Positions 49,110 through 59,926 of a stretch of DNA of 64,000 nucleotides are shown piece by piece. The stretch covers positions 474,404 to 538,403 of the forward strand of contig NMRA01000292.1 of assembly GCA_002633005.1 (NCBI GenBank). Reading direction: 5' to 3'. Positions within the stretch are counted from its first letter, which is position 1; every line of letters starts with the position of its first letter. The notes beneath the pieces were generated by a model that searched no databases, was not told the origin of the DNA, and saw only the letters and a program-made list of their open reading frames with translations. Both the position numbers and the translations under genes were made by a program. This DNA comes from Phoronis australis. Its lineage: Eukaryota > Animalia > Phoronida.

Positions 49110-50229
49110 CACAGGCGCTTGGGTTTATCGCAAATGACGTCACTCAATAATATATATAAGAAAACATAAAGGTTGGACGCTCGAAACCTGTTTGCTCAGA
49201 ATTTTCTACTCAAATGTGCATGGAACTCTACGAAACTAGCATCGGACAACTCTTAGAATACCTTCTTTCATTCGATCTCTTCAAATTGCCTTCGAGTGGC
49301 GATTTGGCGACAAAAATGCCAAAAGAATGCCAAAATCACAAATTCAAGGACCTGGTTCAGTGATATCATGGCAGACGGTCTTCGCACATCCGGGTTTTTG
49401 ACGGACGCTCCCGAGCTAAATCCGAAAGTCTAATTTCGCGCGGCTTTCGCCGTCAATCCATCGACTACTTGATCATGAGAAGCAGAGAGCACTTTATTGC
49501 CAAATAAATGTAATTACTCACATATTTGTGTCAAATATAAATTATCCTGATACAGTATTGATATGCGAAGTTTTTTGTGTACTGTGATTTCTTATGAAGG
49601 TTTTATTTTTGGCCAAAACCATTGAGTTAACTCGTCGGCCACGCGCATTGTAATACTTGCACGGGCTGCGTTTTCTGGCCGAGTGTGTGTTGTGCTTCAA
49701 TCAAAAAAGTGCGTGATGTCAAGATGAGAAACAAGATACGCCAGTTTATGCAATAAAATTCTAAGTTAAGGGCTAAAATGAGCCGTCAGTGGAATAAAGT
49801 TACAAATAATCATTAAAATACTAACTTTAACATTCTCAATTAGTTGAGTTTTGGATTAGAGTTATTGAATTTGAAATATAGGTTGCTTGCTCAAACTTGA
49901 AGTTTCACCTACGTCAGGCGTACAAGTTGAAGCACAACAGAAATCCGCCATGTTTACTATTTCAGGTCCTTGAATTCAGAGTTTTGAGATTGTTTTGGAA
50001 ATTCCATCGCCAATTCACCACTCACGAAGACAGTTAATGGGATCTAGGAAAGATAAGGCTTCGAAGGTTTATGCAACACCAAACTGAGGGAGGTGCACGC
50101 AGATTTTATTTGGATTTTGGACGGTTGAAGTTGGGAGCCTCGGCTTAGCAAAGTTTAAGTGTCCAACCTTTATGTTTTCTTATATATATTATTGAGTGAC
50201 GTCATTTGCGATAAACCCAAGCGCCTGTG
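49110..50229. mobile_element. Young non-autonomous P-element-like transposon (1120 bp)
   Basis: Perfect 69-bp TIRs (cacaggcgcttgggtttatcgcaaatgacgtcactc...ggttggac), imperfect out to about 250 bp; 8-bp TSD ctttatac (49102-09, 50230-37); THAP-like start MADFCCASTC on - at 49951. Confidence 0.82.
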
Positions 50230-51200
50230 CTTTATACGAGATACGAGAATGGTCTTTCCTGAGGTGCGCATGCGTGAATGAATGGATGCACTTATTTATT
50301 TGTTAGTTTTAGTACTTGTTTATCAATGCTAAGAAATACCTGAAAATTAGATTCATTGGAAATGTTTCATATCTGCGCATGTGCCAACTTCAGCAATGGG
50401 TTTAGTTAAGAGGAAATCAAAATCATGGCTTCAACCTGGCTGATCTCAAAATGTCGTTGACGACGGTGATTTTCAATCCTTAGTCTGCTTTTTTGTGCTG
50501 TAAACTCTTGTTTATTAAGGGGTCAACCGAATTTTTCCCAAACTAGGAATACTTTTCAATATTCAAAATATTGTTCTACAATTTGGCAATTTGCCTTCAA
50601 AATAACCCAAGTTCTTGCAAAAAAACGAGTCCGTCACGATTCGCGGTAACCGAAGTCTTCCAATCGACTCATACTGTCACTAGCGAGTTAGACGTGTCGT
50701 AGATCGACTGTAGCTGCATCCTTGGTTTACACGGGCTTCTTAGCCCACTTTTTGTCAGTAAGACAACTCGTATGTTTGTCGCACTCAACAGACTTGTTCA
50801 CGATATAACCTTGGGATGGACTTAGATTTTAACAGTACGTTGCCACTCGGTGCATTGGTTTCATCCGGGATGTGTCCACTTGCTGTTTGTCAATTAAAAA
50901 ATTAAACATTTCATTTCAATTCTCTGTTTTAACAATGAAAATTGCTCAAAACGAAATAGATTTTTATATAATTATTTTATTTTAACATTACAAAATATAA
51001 TAAGGTTCATACATTGTATTACCAATTCCCTAAATTAAATAAGGATAACAGCACAGTGGTAAGACATGTGTGAAACGAACCGCCATAAGAGGACTCAATG
51101 AGACTCCCGATTTGTCCTCTCACTTTCTTGTTTACCAGAAAAAGAAGCATGATGCGTGGATAGTCAGCATGCAATATTAGTAAGCCTTGGAGGCATTTGT

Positions 51201-53831
51201 TTAATCAGTGAGTTCTACCATCTCGTGGTTCACGGGATTTTTCGCTACTTCCGCTTTCTCCATAAGTCGAGGCATGGCGTAATATAACTTTTCTTTGAAT
51301 AAACGGTCTGTCACTTTTAGGAATGTTTTGGTATTGAAATATGCTCTAAGCTTTGGATTCAAGGATCTTAAGTTAACACTTTTTTCCACAACTATTACAA
51401 TCAGTTTGTTTTCTTTTGTCTCCAAAAAAGTTTTATGTGCCGTTAAAAATTCGAATTGGCACCACTCACTGTCAATGAAATTCTTTGAAACTACGAGTAC
51501 TGTCCGCTTGCTCTTTTGAATAGCTTGGATGATATTTTCAGTAATTGGAAGTCCAGGTATAAAGTCTCGTTCGTGAAAGCATGTTTTAAATGGCGGATCG
51601 TGCTCGTTCTCCAATAGTGGCAATAGGTGATTCCTCACCCAGTCTCCGTCGAGACTGGAGTAGGAGACAAAAGCGTCGAAATTTCTGTCTGAGCAATTAT
51701 CGACATTTTTACGACCAGCTACTCGAATATCGATATTCCACTTTACGAATAAGATAACTTTTATATCTTCACTAAAAACAGTAACTATTACAATGACGAT
51801 GAGAAGTACAGTTGACGAAACACCAACAGACACTGCCACAGCTGTGTAATCGCTTTTAGCATCACAGCGAAGCTCCGTGACAACGTCATCACTAAAACGC
51901 TTTCCACGCATTTTCGAAGGATGACTACAAAAAAGCCCATGTGAGTCAGTTACGACACTGCTCTTCGATAACACCCACTTTATAAACCACACTTCACTGC
52001 ACGTGCAGTTCCAGGAATTCCCACTCAAAGATATAGCAGTTGAATTCGCCAACGACGACTCCAGAAGTCTCCGCGGCATCGTGGTCAATTTATTTTTCGC
52101 AACATTTAGCACCTTGATGTTCCTCAACTGTATCAGAGCCGCATCTGATACGTTCCGGATGTTGTTGCCGGAAATGTCTAGATCGATAATGTTGGGAAAG
52201 TAGGCACGACCAGTTACTTCTGTCAAATGGTTGTTGGAAAAGTTCGTTGTGAGACGATAGTCCTTGAGACGAGGAAGCTTCTCAGGTAGGGAGGTTAAAT
52301 TTGAGCAGGAAACGTCAACGAGTTTGTTATCCCTGTCCGCAATGCAAGAACAATCTGATGGACAATTCGCGATAACTGCACATGAGTGATTAAACCATTC
52401 CACCTCTGATATTTTCTTGTTCTGAAGCGACACCGGTCGAGAACATTTCCATTCTGATTGATCAACATATTCTTGTTTCACTTTTTTGTTGTCTTGGTTT
52501 AGAAATTTGTTGAGGATATTCCATATGTCTAGGTCATCAGCTTCTTCTGTTTTGGTGGCCTGAAATAAATTCCGATATTCGGACATGTTGCAATCACACC
52601 AAAAGTCATTGTCTGCAGCATATAGTTTTATTTTGGACCCTGAACTGGCGATACCGGAAATAGCGGAATGGTGCATCGGTGGGTGGCGCAGACGATTTCT
52701 TCTCAAATCGACTGTAACGGTGGAAAACTGAGCGTCAGGCGCGTTTGCTTCTGTAAATTCTGTCAGAGCGTTTCCGCTTAAATTCACTTCTTTCAGCAAA
52801 TAGAGTTTAGCCGTAAATGCTTGGGGTTCACTAGTGGAAATTCGGTTGTTGTCCAGTTTAATTTTGTACAACTTACCCATCTCCTGAAAAAGTCCTTTAG
52901 GTACGGTCATAATACTGTTCTTGTCGAGATAGATGATAGCCAAGTTCTTGCCAAAGACAGGGAGGCTTGAGACTTTGTTGTTGGTCAAATACACGTGAGG
53001 AGGAAGTAGATCACAACTCAAGCTAGAAATGTCGTCAACTAGGTTGTTATCCAAGTGAATTTCTCGCACTTCTCCATTGTACAGCCTGTAGTTCCAGTAA
53101 TCGCCGCAAACACACGGTGGGATTTCTCTGATGAAATTATCAGTCGCCCAAAGTTGAAGCAATTGAGGACTATTTTGATAAAGTCCACATTCGATCGTCC
53201 GTATATTATTGTTGTGTATTTGAAATTGATGCAGCACCGGCAAAGAGACATTCGCTATGTTTCCTGGAAATGTGGTAAGATTGTTTCTTGGAAACGTCAT
53301 CAAGCGTAGCTTATTTAATCCACGAAAATGTACATTTTCCCAGAATCCGTCAGAAATTATATCAGACATGTGGAAACGTTCGAGAAGAGTTGAAGTTGGG
53401 AACACCAAGGATGCCTGGCCTGTTGTCATGCGACATCCGTTGATTGAAAAATAACTGGAATTTCTGAGAAATCCAGCGTCGTTCCACAAGATTGTTTGGC
53501 GGTTTTGGCACTTAATAAATATCTCAAGACTACGATCAGAGGTATTGACTTGATTTCTTTGGAATGCCCGTATTTCATCTCCTAAATTAAAGGCAGTTGT
53601 CGTGTAGTTTATGTAACAGTCAACGTCGACTACATATTTGAGAGAGGAGTTGTAAAACACATTGGGAGCCCTTTTTTCCAGACTGGTCCGTAAACGACGA
53701 TAAACTGCCTCTCCACAAGTGCAAAAGCGAGGACATGGTTGAACGGTTTGCAATACGTAAACGTGGACGGAAACGATTAACACCAGCCGGACAAGCCAAG
53801 ACGCTGCAAGAAAAAAGCAGACGCAATTCAT
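51201..53831 (-). CDS. Toll-like receptor A, multiple-cysteine-cluster (protostome-type)
   Basis: Uninterrupted ORF: signal peptide, LRRNT (CPRFCTC), LRRs, internal LRRCT (NDFWCDC) plus LRRNT (CPSDCSC), about 3 LRRs, LRRCT (NSWNCTC), TM (AVAVSVGVSSTVLLIVIVIVTVF), TIR (FDAFVSYS, HERDFIPG, SEWCQFEF). Start taken as Met at 53831; the ORF-track ATG at 53927 or an upstream exon spliced to the acceptor at 53803 are alternatives. Confidence 0.95.
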   Translation of the reverse strand: MNCVCFFLAASWLVRLVLIVSVHVYVLQTVQPCPRFCTCGEAVYRRLRTSLEKRAPNVFYNSSLKYVVDVDCYINYTTTAFNLGDEIRAFQRNQVNTSDRSLEIFIKCQNRQTILWNDAGFLRNSSYFSINGCRMTTGQASLVFPTSTLLERFHMSDIISDGFWENVHFRGLNKLRLMTFPRNNLTTFPGNIANVSLPVLHQFQIHNNNIRTIECGLYQNSPQLLQLWATDNFIREIPPCVCGDYWNYRLYNGEVREIHLDNNLVDDISSLSCDLLPPHVYLTNNKVSSLPVFGKNLAIIYLDKNSIMTVPKGLFQEMGKLYKIKLDNNRISTSEPQAFTAKLYLLKEVNLSGNALTEFTEANAPDAQFSTVTVDLRRNRLRHPPMHHSAISGIASSGSKIKLYAADNDFWCDCNMSEYRNLFQATKTEEADDLDIWNILNKFLNQDNKKVKQEYVDQSEWKCSRPVSLQNKKISEVEWFNHSCAVIANCPSDCSCIADRDNKLVDVSCSNLTSLPEKLPRLKDYRLTTNFSNNHLTEVTGRAYFPNIIDLDISGNNIRNVSDAALIQLRNIKVLNVAKNKLTTMPRRLLESSLANSTAISLSGNSWNCTCSEVWFIKWVLSKSSVVTDSHGLFCSHPSKMRGKRFSDDVVTELRCDAKSDYTAVAVSVGVSSTVLLIVIVIVTVFSEDIKVILFVKWNIDIRVAGRKNVDNCSDRNFDAFVSYSSLDGDWVRNHLLPLLENEHDPPFKTCFHERDFIPGLPITENIIQAIQKSKRTVLVVSKNFIDSEWCQFEFLTAHKTFLETKENKLIVIVVEKSVNLRSLNPKLRAYFNTKTFLKVTDRLFKEKLYYAMPRLMEKAEVAKNPVNHEMVELTD

Positions 53832-55369
53832 TATTTCACTTAAAGCTGCATTTCGATTTGTTTCGCTGGCTACAAACAAAATCGAATTATAAAATCTTTG
53901 TTTTAGTCTCATAATATTCATTACCATGGCAGCATTCTATTCCTGTTATCAACAAGAACACTGAAACGATCGGCCACTCAAGAAAACGCTTTAGACTTCA
54001 TTGGGGTTGATGGGTAACCCTAAAACTGCCAATTCGAATAGGTGCGTGTACGCATTGTGAGATATTGTACAGTTTTCACTGGGTTTTGCATAGTAGAGCA
54101 CAAATAACTGAATTTGTTGCTTTTATTCCACGCTATCGAAAACAGTGTGAACTAAATGAAAAAGCGCTACAAGTGACAACAGAAAGTTTATTCTGTCTCA
54201 CATTTTTTGGCACTTTCACTTCCACCGAGAAGAAAGCTGGGCTCTGAAAAAGTGTCAAAAAGCGTAAAATTGGCAGTTTTTAGCGCAAATCACCACTGTC
54301 CTACCAATATTAGACAAATTACACAAACATTGTCCAAAAGTTTTGCCATTATGTGAAATTCTGGGTGGTTTGAGGGCTACCTAAAATCACAGCAGATTTC
54401 TCAGTCGTTACCCATGCAGCAATGCACAATGATAGTGAGCCGCAATTTCGAAAAAAGGTCACTTTCTACACCCGAAGTTGTAGACTTTTCTCATTTCTAA
54501 CATGTTCACAAACACAAGAAAACCACATTCACTGCACCTACACGTTAAGTCTACCTCAAACCTAACGCCAAACCTGGCATACCACTTTCTTGATAGTGCA
54601 AACCGACGCTACAGTCTGACTGCGCAGTGCCACCTTGCGAGACACGAGTTGGTAACGGAAATGGAATCTTACTTATCACAGTAAGGGACCGATTTTATGC
54701 CAGATACGCTGGGCAAAATGCAACTTTAGCTATCAGGCGTTTGTTTCATGTAGGCAGATTCGTTCCTTCCCCATTAGCATTTCGGAAAAAATGATTTCAT
54801 CTCACTCCTCTCCAGCAGTATTTCTCGGATTTTCTCAAAAAATTCCTTCCATTATTGCAACGAAATGAATGGGTTTTCAATGTTACAACTTTTTCACTGA
54901 GCGTCTTGAGAATTAGAAATAGTTAATCTGCCGTCACACTGAGGGTTTAAACTTGATGTACATTTTTACCGTAAATAACAATGCGAGTTTGTCACCTGTA
55001 AGCTTGGTTAGAAAGTTTTCACTTCAATGTAATTATTATGTTTCTTGTGCTTGGGTATAACTACTTTTAAAAAACATTGGGTATTAATTGCTGCATATGT
55101 GAGTACATGAATATTTGATTGTTCAAATTTCAAACACAATTGAAACAGCTTTACAGATTGTACACACACGAGCACGCACGTACTTACAAACGTAAACATA
55201 GATTATTGCAAGTCGAGGCTGTTGGTTGGTCGGTTGGTTATTTAGTTAGTTATTATAGAGACAAATACAATTATCTATTGCAACAATACAATCCAGTTGA
55301 TATGTATATACCCAGTCCCAACCTTTTGGAGTTTTCTGTCACCTTCAATACCACATATATTTGAATGAT

Positions 55370-55600
55370 AGGATAACGTCTCATTTCTTCTGAAGTAGGC
55401 TTCTTTTACAAATTTGGAAAATTGGCAAGGAAAGCTATGAAACGTAAGCTGAAGTTTTTTAATGTCACTCAAACAATTAAAGTCTAAATTGTGAGAAGCA
55501 ATTTTTGAGTTTATTTTTGGGTGATTATAAAATGGGCAGATAAAAGTGTAATTCATCTTCCGTTAAATTTAGGCTACAACTAGTACAAATTCTTTCATGT
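55370..55600 (-). mobile_element. LINE ORF2 C-terminal zinc-knuckle relic
   Basis: ERICTSCSLNLTEDELHF then frameshift to ICPFYNH...SKFVKEAYFRRN, matching the RIC..C....EDE.HF...CP.Y pattern. Confidence 0.7.
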
Positions 55601-57399
55601 TATTTCCGGACACTCTTGGGATTTGGAGGATTTATAACCCGATGGGCGGCAGCAGATAGCGTATCGGACGTTCGATCTCAGGATTTGCCTTCTGGTCGCA
55701 CAACATTTAAGCGTTATTGGTGTTGAACATTAAAGGCACAGTATCGGCGTTAAACATGATTTTTCTGAGAGCAGTCTCAGCGCAGAACCGTGTCTGCATC
55801 CTTTATGGTCACAGTCTAGCGTAGGGCTGGAGATAAATCCTACTGGACGAATGGCAGAATATTTTAGCGCATTTAGCTAGTTAAGTGACCGACCTTGATT
55901 TTAGCCAGTGTCTGGCACATCTTGCGAGAACTGGCTATTTGCAATAAAATCACAAAACCCAAACGGTTGTTGTTTTATAGCTCTGTTCAAAGCAAATAAC
56001 TACAAAAAGTCTATTCCATCCAACAATAATCATCAAACTGTGTTTTGCGCTTTTTTGGTCGTAAAACCGATGTCGTCAGTTTAAAACACGTCTAATGTCG
56101 CTTTCCCATTAGGGGAACTTACCTTTTCGACTACATAGCGCTATCGAAGTTATCGCTATGACAACTGACGACGCATTTAATTCGTGCTCTTAAACGATAA
56201 GTACTTCTGACCTTTCCCACTGCACCGAAGCTTCGGTAAATTCGCTTTTAAATCCTACTATTTTAGGGAAATTTTCGCTTACAGATTAAATACCGGACTC
56301 TTTCCCTCTTACCGAAACTTCGGCAAAAGCGAAGTTTCACTTCTAATGGAAAAGCGACGAACACGTTTGGTCTCGCATCACAACTGTTCAGTTTGACATT
56401 GGTAAGCAATTGACTTCTGCATGACCGTTTAAACGAAATTTGCCAAATCAAATTTCTTGTGGCAGTGGGCGTATCACACGTCTAACAGCCAGTGGTCTAT
56501 TAAAACGGAGCTTTGAGTACACCACTGTTTTCATGAGCGTTTTGAATAGGCGTCCTAAAGAGATGTTACTGAAAAACAATAGTATGATGTCAACCAAAAA
56601 TTGTTGAAACTAGTCCTTACACCTTACAAAGCGAGGCGTATTTCTTAACTTCGTGTGATCAGTGATCTATGAGGACATTCACGTCCTTGCTAGTTGTCTA
56701 CTATTACCACTGAAATTAAAATTCAACTTATAAATGTATTTGGTGAAAGGGTACCTTTACTGTTACGTTTTGACAAGCCAGTTATTAATAACGACTGAAA
56801 CTGAAGTTCAACTTTTCAAAATGATGGAACTTAGCCCGAGTTATATAAGACGGAAGGTAGCATTTTTTCTCGGTCACTTTTCAACATGCCAGTAGCAACA
56901 TGCAACCGAAAGGGAGCTGAATAAACTATAACGTATTCAAACGTCCCATAGTTGGCGATTCATTTACAAAGTACCATCAAGGTTATAACGAAATAAACGA
57001 AATATATTATTTACGTAGCAACATTCTCTGTTGATTGATTCGGTTAGCAATGCTGATTGTTAAATGCGAGCCTTTTGTCCAAAAAACAACTTTTGATTAG
57101 GTCACATGCGGTTTCGAAATGTTTTTCATCTTTTTCCTTACTCGGGTTAGAACGAATTTCTTGCTTCAGTAGATCTGCCTGCTCGTTATTGCTTCAAACC
57201 AAGGTCCTGACACGCAAGGTTGTTTCAGCCTCCCACCACTTCATACCTCGCGCAAATAACCTATTTCATGCTAAACACGTAGATGGCTGTTGTTTCGAGG
57301 TTATATTTTTGGACCAAAGCTTTATTATCAAGTTTGGCTGTCGCTGATAAGAAACAAGGATTGGTGTCGCCTACGACGACTAGAAACGTGATAAATATT

Positions 57400-57570
57400 C
57401 ACGGGTACAGGGTGACGTCACGACAACAAAGTTGGAACACAAAGGCGTGTAAATAGGTTACCCGCGATGACTTTGACCGGTCAACTTGGGGTACCCTGAA
57501 ACAATCATCCACGATACTGCCACAGACCATTAAGCAGAGCTACTTTTCCATTGGTGCAGTCTTCCGCCAT
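57400..57570 (+). promoter_or_regulatory. Candidate TLR-B promoter / non-coding first exon
   Basis: CRE TGACGTCA at 57413-20, nuclear-receptor-like tgactttgaccggtca near 57468, and a strong donor |gtgagt at 57571. Confidence 0.4.
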
Positions 57571-58010
57571 GTGAGTGACCGAGTAGGCAACGCCGGTACC
57601 GATGGCGTTGGACATTCAAACTCCAAAATAACGCACTTCCAGAGCAAGCCGGAGTGAGAAGGCCTAACCTAGACCTAGGAGTGATATTGGTCCTAGCCTG
57701 GACTCGATGAACACCAAATGATTACAAGCCCTAATGGCAGTACACATGGAGAAAGCTCCCCTAGAATAGTTCCGAATAGTTCCATATGGTAAAATGATAC
57801 GAATGAATAATGCTTCGAATGCAAACGATTGACTGCCATGACAAGTTAAACTTACATTTGTTATGACTTGGAACACCGGAGTTATTCATTCTTTAATTCC
57901 ACTGACAGCCGAATGAACAACTTAGACTTCAACCGGCGACACATCGGTAGTGTTCAGTAGCACTCCTCGTTGTTTTCAACAACACTATAACAGCTGGAAT
58001 AGTATACGTC

Positions 58011-58020
58011 GGAATTTCCC
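58011..58020 (-). promoter_or_regulatory. Consensus NF-kB (kappaB) site
   Basis: GGGAAATTCC on the minus strand, between the two TLR genes. Confidence 0.4.
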
Positions 58021-58466
58021 TGAAAACTCACTCTCGATTCTAATTGGACAGTTCGCGTTTGACGTTCAGCTTGTTATGAGAGTTCAAATAAAATTATCCT
58101 AGAATTCAGAACACAAGTTGTTCGACGAAAAAACCTGTACTACTTTTGTCAAAAGCACTAAAATATTTTCAGACAATGTTTTCATTTTTGGTCGAGCGAA
58201 AGACAACCTTTTGCGACGTCTATCTAGAATATTCTAGGTTTTCTGTATGAGGATGTCGAGGTCGTGTAAATTTTCACTCAGCATGTGAGTCGCGCTGAGG
58301 CCGGAAATGACTCTCAACTTTGACCTGCTCCCACTGAATGTGGGACGTATAGCTAATCAAACGGCGGAGAGAAGTCCAGCACTCAGAAGCCTGAGCCCCT
58401 TCAGATTCGGCGACAAAACAATTCCACTGAAAGCACCAACAGGATAATCTGGTTACATTGCGCAAG

Positions 58467-58469
58467 ATG
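58467..58469 (+). CDS. TLR-B probable ATG-only coding exon end
   Basis: caagATG|gtaagt. Phase 0 matches the acceptor at 59927, giving M-VTLTFGAIIQVVVLASLCAHFTLG (signal peptide). Confidence 0.7.
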
Positions 58470-59079
58470 GTAAGTTATTTAAACGACAGTTTTGCGATAA
58501 CTTTTAACCAAAAACTGAGCCTACAAGCGGAGACCGTATCGTCTTTGCTTCTAGTATATTGAAATAACATCGCCAAACAATTTCAACATTATGTTGGAGG
58601 TCGAAAAACCGTGTATGAGCTTAGAACATTACTAGACACATCATACCTGCGCCACTTATAGATTTATACTTAAGTAGTTTTTTATACACTTTAAGAATCT
58701 GCCGCTTGTTATTTTCATATTTTGTTTACACGTTTTTCGTCACGACATGTTTGCAAAAAGTTGCTAGGGAGAGTGGGGTGCAACTACATCTGAGCAACAG
58801 TGGCAGGATATAGGGTAATTTGCAAACGCGCAAACTAAAATGTGTCGTTGTAATCGACACGTTTCATTTCTCAAGGGAAACCCGCCGAAACCTAGTCATC
58901 GTCACGCAGCACCCCATCGCGCGTACATTTTTGTCGCTTTGTTTAGAAACGTGTTGAAAAAAGTCCCAGAAATGTGTCGTTTATTGGCCATTTGTGTCCC
59001 TTTCTGAAAGGAGCCCTGAAAACAAAGCACATATAGGCAAGCAAACGTAAAAGTGGAAATGTTAGGCATAAAGATCACA

Positions 59080-59345
59080 GCGTCGAGTGCCAGGCCTCCG
59101 GCTTGATGGCCGGGATCCGCCACCGGCTCTGCGCTCGGCGAACAGCCGCAGTCCACATGGTTAAGTCGGCCTGGCTCTGCGCCACTGAGCGATGCGACGC
59201 GGTGCGCATGGCGCCATGCAGTTACACGACTTACCAGTTCGACCAACGACCGACGGCCTGGGAGCGCCGTGTCAGTAGCCAATGGAGGGGGAGGCAACAT
59301 TCTTTGCTGGGGGAGTAAACAAAATGTGAGCACAGCCCTTGTAGA
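59080..59345 (+). mobile_element. Tc1-type transposase relic in a TLR-B intron
   Basis: GC-rich patch with IRHRLCARR, FDQRPTAWERR (cf. DGR..VWRR) and NGGGGNILCWGS (cf. HGGGSVMVWG). Confidence 0.5.
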
Positions 59346-59926
59346 CACTAATTTCGCTCGTCCGTTATCCTGGTTGTCTTCGATATCGATGATTGGCGTC
59401 ACGGTAATTAATTTAAGGATCAGCTTCATACACGTCATGTTTAGTTGTACCCAGCTAATCCCAATTTATCTCAACACTTGGTTCTGCAATGCCCCTCTAC
59501 AGGACAAAACGTTTTCGGTCTGGTATAATAATAGCATTGATTTTCAGCCCTGTACGTAAAAAACTGCGGCCTCTGTGAGCATTTGGAACTGAATTTAAAA
59601 AATGCCACGTGCGCCATCTTGAATCGGATCATGAAGAAAAACAAAAGGCTTCGAGCTATAGAAGTTGTTTATGCATTTCGTGCGAATCAGACGAAAAATG
59701 CGACCTGACGAGTGCAAACAAAAAAATGATGTCAGAGCAACATACTTGGCGAAATTCTTTCGCCAAGTAAAAAGGAGAAATGTTTACAAACATGTTCGGC
59801 TAGTAGCTTGAAATCGTCATTGGCCTTGGGCCCCTCGCGATATATTGTAGTTCCACCTATGTCCTAGGGGTATGGCGGTACCAAGAGAACCCGAATTTCA
59901 TCACTAATGCCAATTAACTATTTCAG

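Noticed and set aside
53832-53927. First 32 codons of the 908-aa ORF
   Set aside because: Not signal-peptide-like and contains acceptor-like pyrimidine tracts; probably UTR or intron.
54018-54945. Possible piggyBac-type MITE upstream of TLR-A (ccct...aggg ends)
   Set aside because: The TIR match is only about 4 bp and the TTAA flanks are imperfect; insufficient support.
58902-59438. 178-aa minus-strand ORF between the TLRs
   Set aside because: No domain; it is antisense to a GC-rich Tc1-like relic inside a TLR-B intron.
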